In this document: piece after piece, positions 39,873 to 52,100 of the stretch | Numbering within the stretch: the first letter of the stretch is position 1 | How the letters are laid out: every line of letters begins with the position of its first letter | NCBI GenBank assembly: GCA_963814495.1 | Contig: CAWFDJ010000016.1 | Location: 28,106 to 92,105 of the forward strand | Source of the DNA: an uncultured bacterium | GTDB taxonomy: Bacteria > Actinomycetota > Geothermincolia > Geothermincolales > Geothermincolaceae | DNA: 64,000 nt | Direction: 5' to 3' | Position numbers and translations under genes: made by a program | Notes under the pieces: model-generated | Told to the model about the DNA's origin: nothing | Database searches by the model: none | The model's input: the letters and a program-made list of their open reading frames with translations, nothing else

Positions 39873-41803
39873 TTGCAGGGCCTGATCATCGGCACCGCCG
39901 GCCATATCGACCACGGCAAGACCCAGCTGATCAAGGCCCTCACCGGCACCGACACCGACCGCCTCAAGGAGGAGAAGGAGCGGGGCATCTCCATCGAGCT
40001 GGGCTTCGCCGAGTTCCCCCTGCCCGACGGCACGCCGGCCGGGGTGGTGGACGTCCCCGGGCACGAGCACTTCGTCAAGAACATGCTGGCCGGGGCCACC
40101 GGTTTCGACCTGGTGCTGCTGGTGGTGGCGGCGGACGACGGGGTGATGCCCCAGACCCGCGAGCACCTGGCCATCATCGACCTGCTGCAGGTGCGCGAGG
40201 GGCTGGTGGTCGTCACCAAGGCCGACCTGGCGGACTGAGGAGATGGTCGAGCTGGTGCGGGAAGAGGTGGGCGAGCTGCTGGCCGGCACCACCCTGGAGG
40301 AGGCGGAGGTCATCACCACCTCCACCGTCACCGGGCAGGGCCTGGACGAGCTCAAGGCAGGCGCTGATGCGCGCGGCCGGGCGGGTGCGGGCGCGCCGGG
40401 GCGACGGGCCCTTCCGCCTGCCGGTGGACCGGGTCTTCACCCTGAAGGGCATCGGCACGGTGGTCACCGGGACGCTGTGGGAGGGTTCCGTCTCCGACGG
40501 GGACGAGGCCGTCCTCGAGCCGCAGGGCCGGGCGGTGCGCGTGCGCAACGTGCAGGTGCACGGGAAGGAAGTGGAGGCGGCGCTGGCCGGACAGCGCGTA
40601 GCGCTCAACCTGCCGGGCATCGCCGTCGAGGAGATCGACCGCGGCGACGTGGTGGTGAGCGCGGGGTACCTCTCCCCCACCTTCATGGTCGACGCCCGCC
40701 TGCACCTGCTGGAGAGCGCCCCGCGCCCCCTGAAGAACCGCTCCCGCATCCGCTTCCACCACGCCACCCGCGAAGTGCTCGGACGGGTGGTCCTGCTGCG
40801 GGAGGCGCGGGAAGGACAGGAGGTACAGGAACTGGCCCCGGGGGCCAGCGCTTACGTCCAGTTCCGCCTGGAGGCCCCGGTGGTGGTCAAGTACGGGGAC
40901 CGTTTCATCCTGCGCAGCTACTCCCCCGTCACCACCATCGGCGGCGGGCAGGTGCTCGACTCCCATCCCCCGAAGCACCGCCGGGTCGACCAGGGCCTGC
41001 TCGAGGCGCTGGCCGTGCGGGAGCGGGGGGAGGTCTCGGGGGTGCTCCAGTCCGTCTTCGACGGGCGGGGGGTGCCGCTCGACCTGGAGAGCCTGGAGCG
41101 CCTGAGCGAGATGGACCCGCAAGCTGTCCGCGCCACGGCGGAGGAGATGCTGCGGGAGGGGACCTGGCGCGGCATACCTTCCGAGCGCAAGGCCAAGCTG
41201 ATGCCCGTCAAAGATGTACGACGCTTACGCGGAGAAGATCACGGGGCTGCTGAAGTCCTTTCACCAGGCCAATCCCAGGGAAGCAGGCATGGAGAAGGAG
41301 ACCCTGCGCACCCGTCTCTCGCGCACCCTGCCCGCGGGTGATTTCGACGCCATGCTCAAGCTGCTGGCAGGAGGGGGGCGCCGTGACCGTCAAGGAGGGC
41401 AGGGTGTCCATCCGGGGCGAGGGCCGGGCGCTCACTTCCGACGAGGAGCCGGGAGAAGCAGGCCGTTCTTGCCGATATCGAGGCGGGCGGCTTCGCGCCC
41501 CCCTTCCTCAAGGAGTTGGCCGAGGCGCACCGCCTGGACGCCCGCAAGGCGCGGGACTTCATCGGCATGCTGATGGAGGAAGGGGCCATCGAGCAGGTGA
41601 CGCAGGATTACTACCTGGCCCGCGGCAGGCTGGCCGAAGCGGAGGAGGGCATCCGCGCCTTCCTGGCCGCACACGGCCGCCTGGAGGTCAAGGACCTCAA
41701 GGAGATGTACGGCCTGACGCGCAAGTACTCCATCCCCCTGCTCGAGCACTTCGACAGGTCCCGGGTGACGCGGCGCGACGGCGATTACCGCGTGTTATGG
41801 TGA
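39873..41803 (+). CDS. selB: Selenocysteine-specific elongation factor SelB (about 5 frameshifts; TTG start)
   Basis: [25 protein letters not shown] (G1), DVPGHE (G3), ..VVTKADL (G4), beta-barrel domains, C-terminal winged-helix domains ending ..[10 protein letters not shown]. Confidence 0.8.
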
Positions 41804-41833
41804 TTACGGCTGTTTTTAGGTAATATCGTTTAC

Positions 41834-41929
41834 GGAGATGCATTCGTCCTGGTGGGCGGCCCGGTCTTCAAAACCGGTGCGGCGTCGTAAAGGGCGTCGG
41901 GTAAGTTCGATTCTTACGCATCTCCGCCA
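41834..41929 (+). tRNA. selC: tRNA-Sec (anticodon UCA)
   Basis: 96 nt GGAGATGC...GCATCTCC-G-CCA; 8-bp acceptor stem, 6-bp D-stem with 4-nt loop, anticodon loop CUUCAAA, long variable arm, T-arm GTAAG-TTCGATT-CTTAC. Confidence 0.85.
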
Positions 41930-42040
41930 CTTTTTGGGTCAAGTCCTGTGAAGTGGCCCCAGGTCTTGGGAACGCTCTGCCCGCAACTGGCAGTCGTCAA
42001 CTTCAAAGTGGACCTGACCCCAGTTCGCTCACGTCCCGGA

Positions 42041-44595
42041 CTACCGCGGGTAGCCGATGGAGTCGGTGGCCCAGGTGCGGCCGTTCCCGTACATCGAGCG
42101 CTCGCAGATGACCCCGCCGCCCGAGGATACGACCTCCGTCGAGACGTTGTAGTCGGTCACGTAGTCGTTGACCTTGAAGGTGACCCGGGAAAAGCCGGGG
42201 ATGTTCACGTCCTGCGGTCCGGCTACGTACCCCGAACCTGTCATGAAACCGAGGTCCACGGTCACGGCTCCGCTGTTGGGGTTCTGCACCAGCACGAAGG
42301 TCTCCATGCCCCCGTCGGTGGAACCCTCCGCCAGGAACCAGACGTCGGAGGCGGCAGCGGTGGTCCCGATGGAGTCGTGGGCCCAGGCGCGGCCGTTGCC
42401 GTAGACCGAGCGTTCGGCGATGACCGGGATGCTGCCGGAGACCGCCGGTGGACACGTTGAAGTCGGTGACGTAGTCGTTGACCTTGAAGGTGACCCGGGA
42501 ATAGGCGGGTATGGTCACGTCCTGCGGGCCGGGCACCACCCCGGCGCCGGTCATGAAGTCCAGGTCGACCAGGGCAGCGGACGAGTAAGGGTTCTGCACC
42601 AGCACGAAGGTCTCCATGCCGCCGTCGGTGGAGCCCTCCGCCAGGAACCAGAGGTCGGAGGGGACGGTGACCCCGATGGAGTCGTGGGCCCAGGTGCGCC
42701 CGTTGCCGTAGACGGAGCGCTCGCAGATGACGTCATCCGTGGCTTCCACTACGGTGGAGACGTTGTAGTCGGTGACGTAGTCGTTGACCTTGAAGGACGC
42801 GCGGGATTGGGCCGGGAGGGTGTAGACCGGCGGCCCGGGCTCCGCGCCCGCGCTGGTCATGAAGTCCATGTACACGTCCACCGGGTAGGCGTTGGGGTTC
42901 TGCACCAGCACGAAGGTCTCCATGCCGCCGTCGGTGGAGCCCTCCGCCAGGAACCAGAGGTCGCTCGGGTCGGTGACCCCGATGGAGTCGTGGGCCCAGG
43001 CGCGCTCGTTCCCGTAGACCGAACGCTCGCAGATGACGTTGCCCCCGGCCGGGGTGACCTTGGTGGACACGTCGAAGTCGGTGACGTAGTCGTTGGCCTT
43101 GATGGTGACGCGGGAGTTCGCCGGGACGAGGACGTCGTTCAGGGCTCCGGGAGCCACGACCCCGCTTCCGGTCATGAAGGTGACGTCAACCGTGACGTCG
43201 TCGGCGTTGGGGTTCTGCACCAGCACGAAGGTCTCCATGCCGCCGTCGGTGGAGCCCTCCGCCAGGTACCAGGGGGCGCCGTTGTAGACCTCCTCTGTGT
43301 AGAGGATGCCGTCGACGAAGCCCGGCCCGCCGCCGATGCCGTCCCAGGCGACGCGGGGGTTGCCCAGCGGGTCCACCGCGATCACCGGGTACGACTCCGA
43401 GCACTCCGAGAGCATCACCGGCGCGGACCAGCCGCCCCCCCGGTTGGCCGAGTACCAGACGTCAAGCCCGCTTGCGCCGTTGCTCCACACCCAGACCACC
43501 TGGGGATAGCCGTCCTCGCCCACGGCTATCTCGGGCATGTGGTTGGTGTCGCTTGAGGGGTCGAGGTTGAGCGGGGTGGTCCAGCCGCTGCCGGGGTCGG
43601 TGGTGTAGAAGGTCCCTTGGTGCGTGCCGTCGAACCCGCTCCAGACGACGTGCGGGTGCCCGGCCGGGTCCACCGCCATCCGCGCGTGATCAAAGTCCGT
43701 TATGCCGGCGGCCACGTTCACGGGGGCGGACCAGCCGGTCCCGGGGTTGGCGACGTAGTGGATCCCCTGGGGGGAGGAGCTCACCTCCCACATCACGTGC
43801 AGGCCGTCCAGGTCGTCGACGACCAGGGTCGGGTAATAGCCGATGACGGTGCCGGAGATGCTCACCGGGGGGGTCCAGAGCCGGAGGGCGCGGCGGTGGA
43901 GTAGAAGACCCGGGGGGACCCGTCGCTGCCGTACCAGACCACGTGGAGGTTCCCCGTCGAGTCCACCCCGATCTTGGGGCGCTGGTTGTCCGTGGTCCCC
44001 GACGACAGGTCCAGCGGCACCGACCAGCCTCCTCCGATGTCCCTGGTGAAGTAGGTCCTGATCACCGCGGAGTAGGTGCCCTTGAAGACGACGTAGGCCC
44101 CGTCCCCGTCCACGGCGATGTCGGGGGCGGCGTTGTCCACGGAGGGGCCGGCCGAGGAGAGGTTGACCGGGGCCGACCATCCCGCCTCACCCAGGGTGGA
44201 GTAGAGGACGTGCACGCTGGAGACGGAGTACTCGCACCAGACCACGTGGGGGCTGCCGTCCGGCCCCAGGACCATCTTGTAGTCGTCGGGGTCCTCGTCG
44301 GTGCCGGTCGAGACGATGGCCGGCTCGGACCAGCCCGAGCCCAGGTTCTCGGAGTAATAGAGGTCCAGACCGTGCCCGCCTGGCCCTTCCAGAGGACGTG
44401 GGTGCCCCCCTGGCCGTCCACGGCGATCTGCGGTGACTGGTTGCTGGTGATGGTGTCGGAGGAGATGTTCACCGGCTCCGACCACCCGGGCGACGCGACC
44501 GCGCTCGAACCGCCCAGCATCATCCCCGCCGACGCCAGCATCATCACCGCTGTCAACAGGGCCAGCCTCGTCTTGATCCTTGTTCTACCTCGCAC
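42041..44595 (-). CDS. Secreted protein: signal peptide + BNR-like (GWSxP) beta-propeller repeats + 5-6 C-terminal copies of the ~105-aa WYLAEG repeat (repeat protein 3; frameshifts)
   Basis: GTG start with RBS AAGGAGGT; MRGRTRIKTRLALLTAVMMLASAGMMLGGSSAVASPG; ~8 units of ..G.GWS.P..LS..(P.IAVD..G..HVVW); then W[YF]LAEGSTDGGMETFVLVQNP..VICERSVYG..WAHDSIG repeats; ends ..DSIGYPR*. Confidence 0.65.
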
Positions 44596-44687
44596 TTCTC
44601 CGACCTCCTTCAGTGTCATGGCGGCAACCGCCCGGATGTCTTTCAAGACTAGATTATCACGAGCGCCCCCGCTTCTGCAGAGCAGGA

Positions 44688-45799
44688 TCAAAGGTCTATC
44701 CTGGTGGCGTACAGCTGGAGGTGGGCATCCATGCCCGGGGTGGTGTGGGCGGCGCCCTGCGCGTCGACGATGAGCAGCTCGTACCCGTGCCCCTCCGCCC
44801 ACTCCACCGCCTGGGGATAACCCATGACGAAGAGCGCGGTGGAGAGGATGTCCGTCTCGGCCCCGCCCGTCTCGCTGGAGGAGGGGATGAGCACCGAGTC
44901 GCTGATGGACGCGGGTAGCCGGCCGGCCGGTGGAAGGGTCGAAGATGTGGTGGTAGCGCACTCCCCCGTACTCGAAGTAGCGCTGGTAGTCGCCTGACGA
45001 CGATAGGCAGGTGTCGCCCTCGAGGGTCAGCTGGCCCAGGTACGAGCCCGGGTCGCGCGCGTTGATGACGGCGATGCGCCAGTCCGGCCCGCCGGCCTCG
45101 CGCGGCTTCTCCCCGATGGTCAGGGTGGTGCTGACCATGTCCACGAACCCGCTGGTGATGCCCTCCTGCTTGAGGACCTTGACGGCCGCGTCCGCCGCGT
45201 AGCCCTTGGCGACGCCCCCCAGGTCGATGATCATCCCTTCCCTCGCCAGGTAGACGGTCCTGTCGGCCTCGTTCAGGACCATGTATTCGTCCGCCGCAGC
45301 GCGACAGGGCTTCCTCTATCTCCGCGTCCGAGGGGGGCCCCAGGCCGCGCTCGCGCCTGCCCACCACGTCCCAGAGGTCGATGACCGGCCCCAGGGTGAC
45401 GTCGAAGCTGCCGCCGGTCTCGGCGTGAAAACGCTGGGAGAGGGCCAGCACCGCGAAGAGGTCGTCGGAGACCCTCACCGGGGCGGCGTGGGCGTCGCGG
45501 TTGACCGCGGCCAGCTCGCTGGCGGGGTCGTGGCGGTTGAACACCCCGTCCAGCCGGCGCACCTCCGCGAAGGCGGCGTCCGCGGCGTCCTCCACCACCC
45601 GCGCGTCCCGGCCGTACAGGACCATCTTGATGGAGTCGTCGAGGATGTACTCGGTGCGGCTGTAGGGCTCCTCCAGGTAGCCCGAGCCCTTCCCCAGCCA
45701 GGCGAAGAGCAGGATGACCAGGGGCACCGCCACCAGCAGCCCCACGATGATCAGCAGGGTCTCCCGGCGGTTCTTCCTGACCAGTTCCTTCTTGTCCAT
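44688..45799 (-). CDS. apbE: FAD:protein FMN transferase ApbE (2 frameshifts)
   Basis: N-terminal TM, ..GSFDVTLGPVIDLW.., ..IIDLGGVAKGYAADAAVKVLKQEG.., ..YHHIFDPSTGRPA.. ApbE family blocks. Confidence 0.75.
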
Positions 45800-45893
45800 A
45801 GACGTCAGTATAACACGGGGTCAGCCCCGGATTTCAACGCGGGAGGTAAAGAATCGAGACCCGGCCGAGGGTAAAGGTTTATGGGGGGGCGGG

Positions 45894-45925
45894 AAGGAAA
45901 AGGGGCCGGGAGAACCCGGCCCCTT
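45894..45925 (-). terminator. Rho-independent terminator after rnfD: GGGGCCGGG-UUCU-CCCGGCCCC followed by UUUUCCUUCC on the minus strand
   Basis: Perfect 12-bp stem (AAAGGGGCCGGG/CCCGGCCCCTTT) with 4-nt loop and U-tract, read directly. Confidence 0.55.
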
Positions 45926-45939
45926 TCGATCGATGGAGA

Positions 45940-46896
45940 TTACGACGCGGCTACCGCTCCGAACCTCTCCGGCTTGAACACCTTGTCCAGCAGTGGCACG
46001 AAGGCGTTGCCGATGAGGATGGAGAAGGCCACCGCTCCGGTAGGACCTCCGTAGGTCCGTATGAGCACTATGCAGATGCCGATGAGCAGGCCGAAGACGA
46101 TCTGCCCGTACGCGGTCATGGGGCTGGTCACCCAGTCCGTGGCCATGAAGAAGGCCCCCAGCATCACGCCGCCCGCCAGGATGGCGTAGATGCCGTCCTT
46201 GCCCAGTACGTAGGAGAGCACCAGCACGGTGGCGATGATGGTGGTGGGGATGATCCAGCGGATGGTCCCCTTGTAGAGCAGGTAAGCGCCGCCCAGCAGC
46301 ACCCAGAAGGCCCCCACTTCCACCAGCGCGCCGCCCGAGTCGTTGCCGAACAGCAGGGCCAGGTAGGACGGGTGGGGCATGTCCGCGAAGGTGCCGTGCT
46401 TGAGCAGGGCCAGCGGGGTGCCTCCCGTCGCGCCGTCGAAGTAGCCGGGGATGACCCCCAGGTAGTGGGTCCAGGATGCGATGATGCCCGAGCAGAGCAG
46501 GACGAAGACGAAGCCGAAGAGCGCCGGGTTGAAGATGTTGCGCCCCAGGCCGCCCGTGAGTTCCTTGACGATGACCACGGCGATGAACACCGCGATGACC
46601 AGCGTGAACCACGGGGTGAGGGGAGGCATCACCAGCGCCACCAGTACTCCGGTGAGCAGGGCGCTCAAGTCCATCACCGTCGGTTCCTTCTTCATCAGCT
46701 TACGTATCACCCAGTCGAACGCCACGGCCGCGGTCGCGCAGATGGCCAGGTTGATCAGGGCGTTGACCTTGAAGACCACCAGAGCCGCGATGGCCGCCGG
46801 AATAAGGGCGATGAGCACGTCGCGCATGTTGGTGGAGATGTCCCCCTTGGCCCGCAGATGGGGTGGAGGTGTAACTACCAGGTTATTAGTTGCCAT
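45940..46896 (-). CDS. rnfD: RnfD/NqrB-family membrane subunit with FMN-attachment threonine motif
   Basis: ..PPHLR.., ..GRNIFNPAL.., ..FFMATDWVTSPMT.. (covalent FMN site); 318 aa intact. Confidence 0.8.
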   Translation of the reverse strand: MATNNLVVTPPPHLRAKGDISTNMRDVLIALIPAAIAALVVFKVNALINLAICATAAVAFDWVIRKLMKKEPTVMDLSALLTGVLVALVMPPLTPWFTLVIAVFIAVVIVKELTGGLGRNIFNPALFGFVFVLLCSGIIASWTHYLGVIPGYFDGATGGTPLALLKHGTFADMPHPSYLALLFGNDSGGALVEVGAFWVLLGGAYLLYKGTIRWIIPTTIIATVLVLSYVLGKDGIYAILAGGVMLGAFFMATDWVTSPMTAYGQIVFGLLIGICIVLIRTYGGPTGAVAFSILIGNAFVPLLDKVFKPERFGAVAAS

Positions 46897-48250
46897 ATCC
46901 CTTCACCTCCTCTAACTGTTCTTCTTCTTTAAGGCCGCTATCTCGGCCTTGGCTTTCCGGACATATTGCACGTGCGGGATGTAGGCGGGGCAGGCTGAAG
47001 GAGCAGCAGCCGCACTCGAAGCAGTCCAGCGCGCCCCACATCTCCGCCTTGTCCCACTGTTCCCGCCGGGTGGACTGGGCGATGAAGTTGGGCATGAGGA
47101 ACATGGGGCAGACCTCCACGCACTTGGAGCAGCGCACGCACTCGCGCTCATCGCCCAGGTCCACCAGGTCGCCCGCCAGCACCACCACGCCGGAGGTCCC
47201 CTTGACCACCACGGCGTTCATCTCGGTCTGGGCCCAGCCGGTCATGGGGCCGCCCATGATCAGCTTCTCAGGGCGTGCCCACGAAGCCGCCGGCCGCCTC
47301 GATCAGGGTGGAGATGGGGGTGCCGATCTTCGCCAGGAAGTTGGAGGGGTTCTTGATGCCCGGGCCGGTGATGGTGAGCACCCGCTCGTACAGGGGCTTG
47401 CCGGTCTCGGCCGCTTCCTTCAGGGCGATGGCGGTGCCCACGTTCTGCACCAGGCAGCCCACTTCCGAGGGGAGCTTGCCCGGGGGCACCTTGCGCCCGG
47501 TGAGCGCGAAGATGAGCATCTTCTCGGCTCCCTCGGGGTACTTGACCTCGAGTATCTCCACCGAGAGGCCCGCTTCTCCCTTGACGGCTGCTGAAAGGGC
47601 GTCGGCCGCGTCCATCTTGTTGGCCTCCACCCCGATGATGCCCTTGTCGGCCCCCACCGCTTTGACCAGGAGCTTGAGGCCCGCGACCAGGTCGGCGGCG
47701 CGCTCCAGCATCAGCCGGTGGTCGCAGGTGAGGAAGGGCTCGCACTCGCAGGCGTTGATGATGACCACGTCCACCCGCTTGTCCTTGGGCGGGGCCAGCT
47801 TGACGTGGGTGGGGAAGGCGGCGCCGCCCATGCCCACCAGGCCGGCGTCCTTGGCCACGGTGCCGCAGTTCCTCGGCCGATAGCGCTCCCGCGTCGCGGG
47901 AGGCTCCCCGCGAAGGCGGGCTGGGACGCGTCCGGGGTGATGATCACGCTCTTGACCTTGGCGCCGGTGAAGTTGGCCACGTCCTCGATGGCCTTGACCG
48001 TACCCGCGACCGAGGAGTGTACCGGGGCCGAGACGAAGGCGTCGGTGGACCCGATCAGCTGGCCGACCGCCACCTTGTCGCCCACGTTCACCACCGGTGA
48101 GTTGGGGGCCCCGATGTGCTGCTGCAGGGGGATGACCACCTCGGCCGGCACGGGGGCCTCGACGATGGCCTTGCCCGCCGCCAGTTCCTTGTTGTAGGGG
48201 GGATGGATGCCGCCCCTGAAGGTCTTCAGATTACCGCCGTGTTCAGACAT
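46886..48250 (-). CDS. rnfC: RnfC-like NADH-binding Fe-S subunit (2 frameshifts)
   Basis: ..GGIHPPYNK.., ..GMGGAAFPTHVKL.., ..CVRCSKCVEVCPM.. and ..CFECGCCSFSCP-like.. ferredoxin motifs across 3 ORF pieces. Confidence 0.7.
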
Positions 48251-48251
48251 C

Positions 48252-49181
48252 TCAGCCCTCCTTCCTTTCCATCCGCTCGTTTCGTTTGTTGATCACGTAG
48301 CTGACGCCGGCCGCCGCGACCAGGCCCACCAGGCCGATGCCGCCCCAGGCGGCGCCGGGCTTGACGAGGTACTCGAAGGCGGTGACGCCGGCCGGTACCG
48401 TGGGCTTGGCCGGCAGGCCGTAGCTCTCCGGCTCGTCCTCCAGCACGTAGATGTAATGGAGGCCGGAAAGCTCGTCTACGCCGTAGACCCGGGCGCCGCT
48501 CACGCCGTACTTGGTCTTGAGCTCGTTGACCCTCGCCGCGGCCATCTCCTTCATCGCTTCCAGGTCCCCGAAGTGAAGGGCGCCGGAGGTGCAGGTGGAT
48601 ACGCAGGCCGGCTTGTTGCGCAGCCAGGCCTCGTTGACCAGGCCGCCCTTGTCGTCCTTCTTGTCCAGCAGGGCCTGGAAGTCGGCCAGGGGCTTGCGCA
48701 TGTCCTCACCCTGGAAGGCCTCCGTGGTGTTGGAGATGCGGTCGAAGCAGAGGCGGCAGCGGAAGATGCCCTTCTCCTTCTCCTTGTAGCGGCAGGCGGA
48801 GAAGGGGCAGGTGGCCACGCAGTAGTTGCAGCCGATGCACTTGTCGGTGTCGGTCATGACCACGTAGGCCTCCTCGTCGCCGTCCGAGACCTTGTACTTC
48901 TTGGTGGCCCCTGAGGGGCAGACCTTGACGCAGGTGGCGTCGGTGCAGTGCATGCACTGGTACTTGGTGAAATGCCACCACAGGTCGTCCGCCGACTTGG
49001 CGTCCTCCGGCTCGTTGAAGAGGATGCGCATCCAGCACTCGCTGGTCAGCTCCAGCGGGTTCTCGTAGGTGCCGTTGTTGTAGGTCTCGGTGATCTCATT
49101 CTGGTTCCAGCTCTTGCAGGCGACCTGGCAGGCCCGGCAGCCGGTGCACTTGCTGGCATCGAACATTATCGCCTTAGCCAT
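48252..49181 (-). CDS. Formate dehydrogenase Fe-S subunit (FdnH/FdhB-like, 4 x [4Fe-4S], C-terminal TM anchor)
   Basis: MAKAIMFDASKCTGCRACQVACK.., ..CMHCTDATCVKVCP.., ..CIGCNYCVATCPF..; C-terminal hydrophobic helix. Confidence 0.8.
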   Translation of the reverse strand: MAKAIMFDASKCTGCRACQVACKSWNQNEITETYNNGTYENPLELTSECWMRILFNEPEDAKSADDLWWHFTKYQCMHCTDATCVKVCPSGATKKYKVSDGDEEAYVVMTDTDKCIGCNYCVATCPFSACRYKEKEKGIFRCRLCFDRISNTTEAFQGEDMRKPLADFQALLDKKDDKGGLVNEAWLRNKPACVSTCTSGALHFGDLEAMKEMAAARVNELKTKYGVSGARVYGVDELSGLHYIYVLEDEPESYGLPAKPTVPAGVTAFEYLVKPGAAWGGIGLVGLVAAAGVSYVINKRNERMERKEG

Positions 49182-49182
49182 C

Positions 49183-52100
49183 TCAGCTCACCTTCCTTAC
49201 GTTGACCAGGAACGCTTTGTACTCCGGGATGGTGGTGTTGCCGTCGCCCACGTGCGGGGTGAGCTGGTTGGCCGCGTAGCTGCGCTTGGCCACCTTACCC
49301 TGCTCGCCGCGCTCCCGCCCGCCGGGGAACATCCCGGTGAAGCCGAAGTGCCAGACCATGCCGACCACGTGCACGTCCCTGGTGCCGCCGTTGCCGTCGC
49401 CCACGTTGATGGGCTGCAGGCGGGGGGTGACCACCGCCACGCCCTGCACCTTGCCGCGCAGGCTGCTTACTTCAACGACAGTCGCCCTTGCTGATGCCCA
49501 GCTCGTCCGCCAGGGACTTGGAGAGCTCCACGAACATCTCCGGCATGGCCTCGCCCAGCCAGGAGAGGCTGCGGGTCATCTGGCCCGCCTGCCAGTGCTC
49601 GGTGACGCGGTAGGTGGTGCCGATGTAGGGATAGTCGGTGGAGCCGACCTCCGCGAATCCGTACTTCTCCGGGTCGCCGCCCTTCTCCGGGTCGGTGGAG
49701 GGGTACTTCAGCACCGCGGCCGGGTTGTTCTGCTGCTTGCTGAGCGCGTTGTGCACGGGGCTCTCGGCCGGCTCGTAGTGCTCGGGGAAGGGTCCCTCGT
49801 TGGCCTTGTTGGTGAAGAGCAGGCCGAGCTGGCTCTCCTTCCAGTCCATCATCAGGAAGGGTCCGTTGTTCACGCCGGAAGCAGGTCGCCGGGGGCGTGT
49901 TGGGCGCGTCGGCGGTGCCTGCTACGAAGTCGGGCACGTCGTTGTTGACCCACTTGGCGCCGTCCCAGCTCACCAGGGCCTTGTCCTTGGCCCAGGGCTC
50001 ACCGTTGTAGTCGGCCGAGCAGCGGTTGTAGATGACGCGGCGGTTGACAGGCCAGCACCAGGCCCAGTAGGGATAGAGCTGCAGGCCCGGCTGGTCCGGG
50101 TAGATCTTGTTGGGGTCGGTCTGGTACTGCCACTTGAGCTTGTTGCGGGAGACGGTGCCCTTGTCGACGCCCGCCGCCTTGGCGACGGTCTCGAGCAGGG
50201 CGTCGCCTTCCTTGACGTAGAGGCCGCGAGTAGATCCAGTTGCAGCAGGCGGTGCTCCCGTCGGCCAGCAGGGTGGCGAAGGAGACCAGGGTGCTGGCAC
50301 GCGCCTTGTCCCAGAAGTCCTTGGTGCCCTTGACGTCCTTGGGATAGGTGAACCCGTTCAGCTCCAGGTCGATGTTGTCTACGACGATCTCGCCGTGCTC
50401 GTCCCGCTCGTAGTCCCAGAACATCCCGGTGATGGCCTCGCGCGCCGGAGCGCTCTTGTCGTCCTCGTAGAGGGCCTTCAGGCGGGTGGCGAGCTGGTCG
50501 GCTATCCACAGGTCGCTCTCGGCCTCGCCCGGGGGGCTCACCGCCTTGTAGCGGTACTGGGCCAGGCGGCCGGAGTTGGACACCGAGCCCTCCTTCTCGA
50601 TGGAGGAGGCGGCGGGCAGGGCGTAGACCTTGGTGGGGATGTTCTTGACGTCGGCCCCGGGGCGCCGCCAGAAGTTCATCATCTCGGTGTCCCAGAGGTC
50701 GATGGCCACCAGCCAGTCCAGCTTGTCCAGGGCGGCGCACTCCAGGTTGGCGTTGGGCCCGCCCACCGGCGGGTTCTGCCCCCAGCTGATGCAGCCCTTG
50801 ATGATGCCCTGGTACATGTCCTCGAAGAGGGGGATGTGGGAGTAGTCCTTGGACCCGTCGCGCTTGGGCATGCAGGTCGTAGGCGGCCGCCAGGCCCTTT
50901 TCCGCGACCACGCCGGGCCACCAGCACTTCAGCATGCTGGCCAGGAACTTGGGCCGGTTGACCCAGTAGCCGCCGATCTTCTCCGGGCGAGGAGGCGGCG
51001 TTGTAGGTGTCCAGGTCCTTCTCCTTGGAGGTGGGGCAGGGCATGTAGCCGGGGATGATGTGGTAGAGCAGGGCGGCGTCGGTGGAACCCTGCACGTTGG
51101 ACTCGCCGCGCAGCGCGTTGATGCCGCCGCCCGGCAGGCCGGTGTTGCCCAGCAGCAGCTGGAGCACGGCGAAGGTGCGGATCTTCTCCACCCCGACGGT
51201 GGACTGGGTGAGGCCCATGGCGTACATGAGGTTGCCCGACTTGCCCGGCATGTAGGTCTGCTTGACGTAGGCCTCGGCCAGTTCCTTGAACTTGGCCTGG
51301 GGGATGCCGCAGACCTTCTCCACCATGGCCGGGGTGTAGCGGGAGTAGTGCTCCTCCAGCTTGGCGAAGGCGCTCTGGGAATAGAGCGGGTGCTCCCGGT
51401 TGACCTTGCAGGTGCTGGGATCCCCGTTCTCCATGCCGGTGGGCTTGCCCCGGAAGTTGGTCATGTCATCGACGTCGATGAGGGGCATGCGCAGGGCGCC
51501 CGTCTTGGCGGCCTGGTCCTTGTACTGGACCATCCAGGTGCTCTTGTCGTAGGCGGCGCCCATGGTCTTGCCGTCCTGGCGGCCGCTGAACAGCCCGGTG
51601 GCGGAGTCGAAGCTGAAGCCGTCCACCACCAGCAGGGGCCCGTTGGTGTAGTTCTGCACGTACTCCCATTGTATGTAGTTGTTCTGGATGGCGTAATTGA
51701 TGAGGCCGCCGAAGAAGGCGATGTCGGTGCCGGGACGGATGAAGGAGAAGGCATCGGCCTTGGCGGCGGAACGGGTGAACCGGGGGTCTACCACCACCAG
51801 CTTGGCTCCCCGTTTGTCGCGGGCGTCCTGGATCCACTTCCAGGAGATGGGATGGTTCTCGGCGCAGTTGCAGCCGCAGACCATGAAGGCGTCGGCGTTA
51901 CGCAGGTCGGACCAGTGGTTGGTCATGGCGCCCCGCCCGTATGTGGCCCCCAGACTGGAGACCGTGGCGGAGTGTCATATTCGGGCCTGGTGTTCGAGGT
52001 AGACGATGCCGAGTGCCCGGGCCAGCTTGGTTTCCAGCGCCAGTTCCTCGTTGTCCAGCGCGGCCCCGCCCAGGTTGGCGATGCCGGTGCACCGGTTGAC

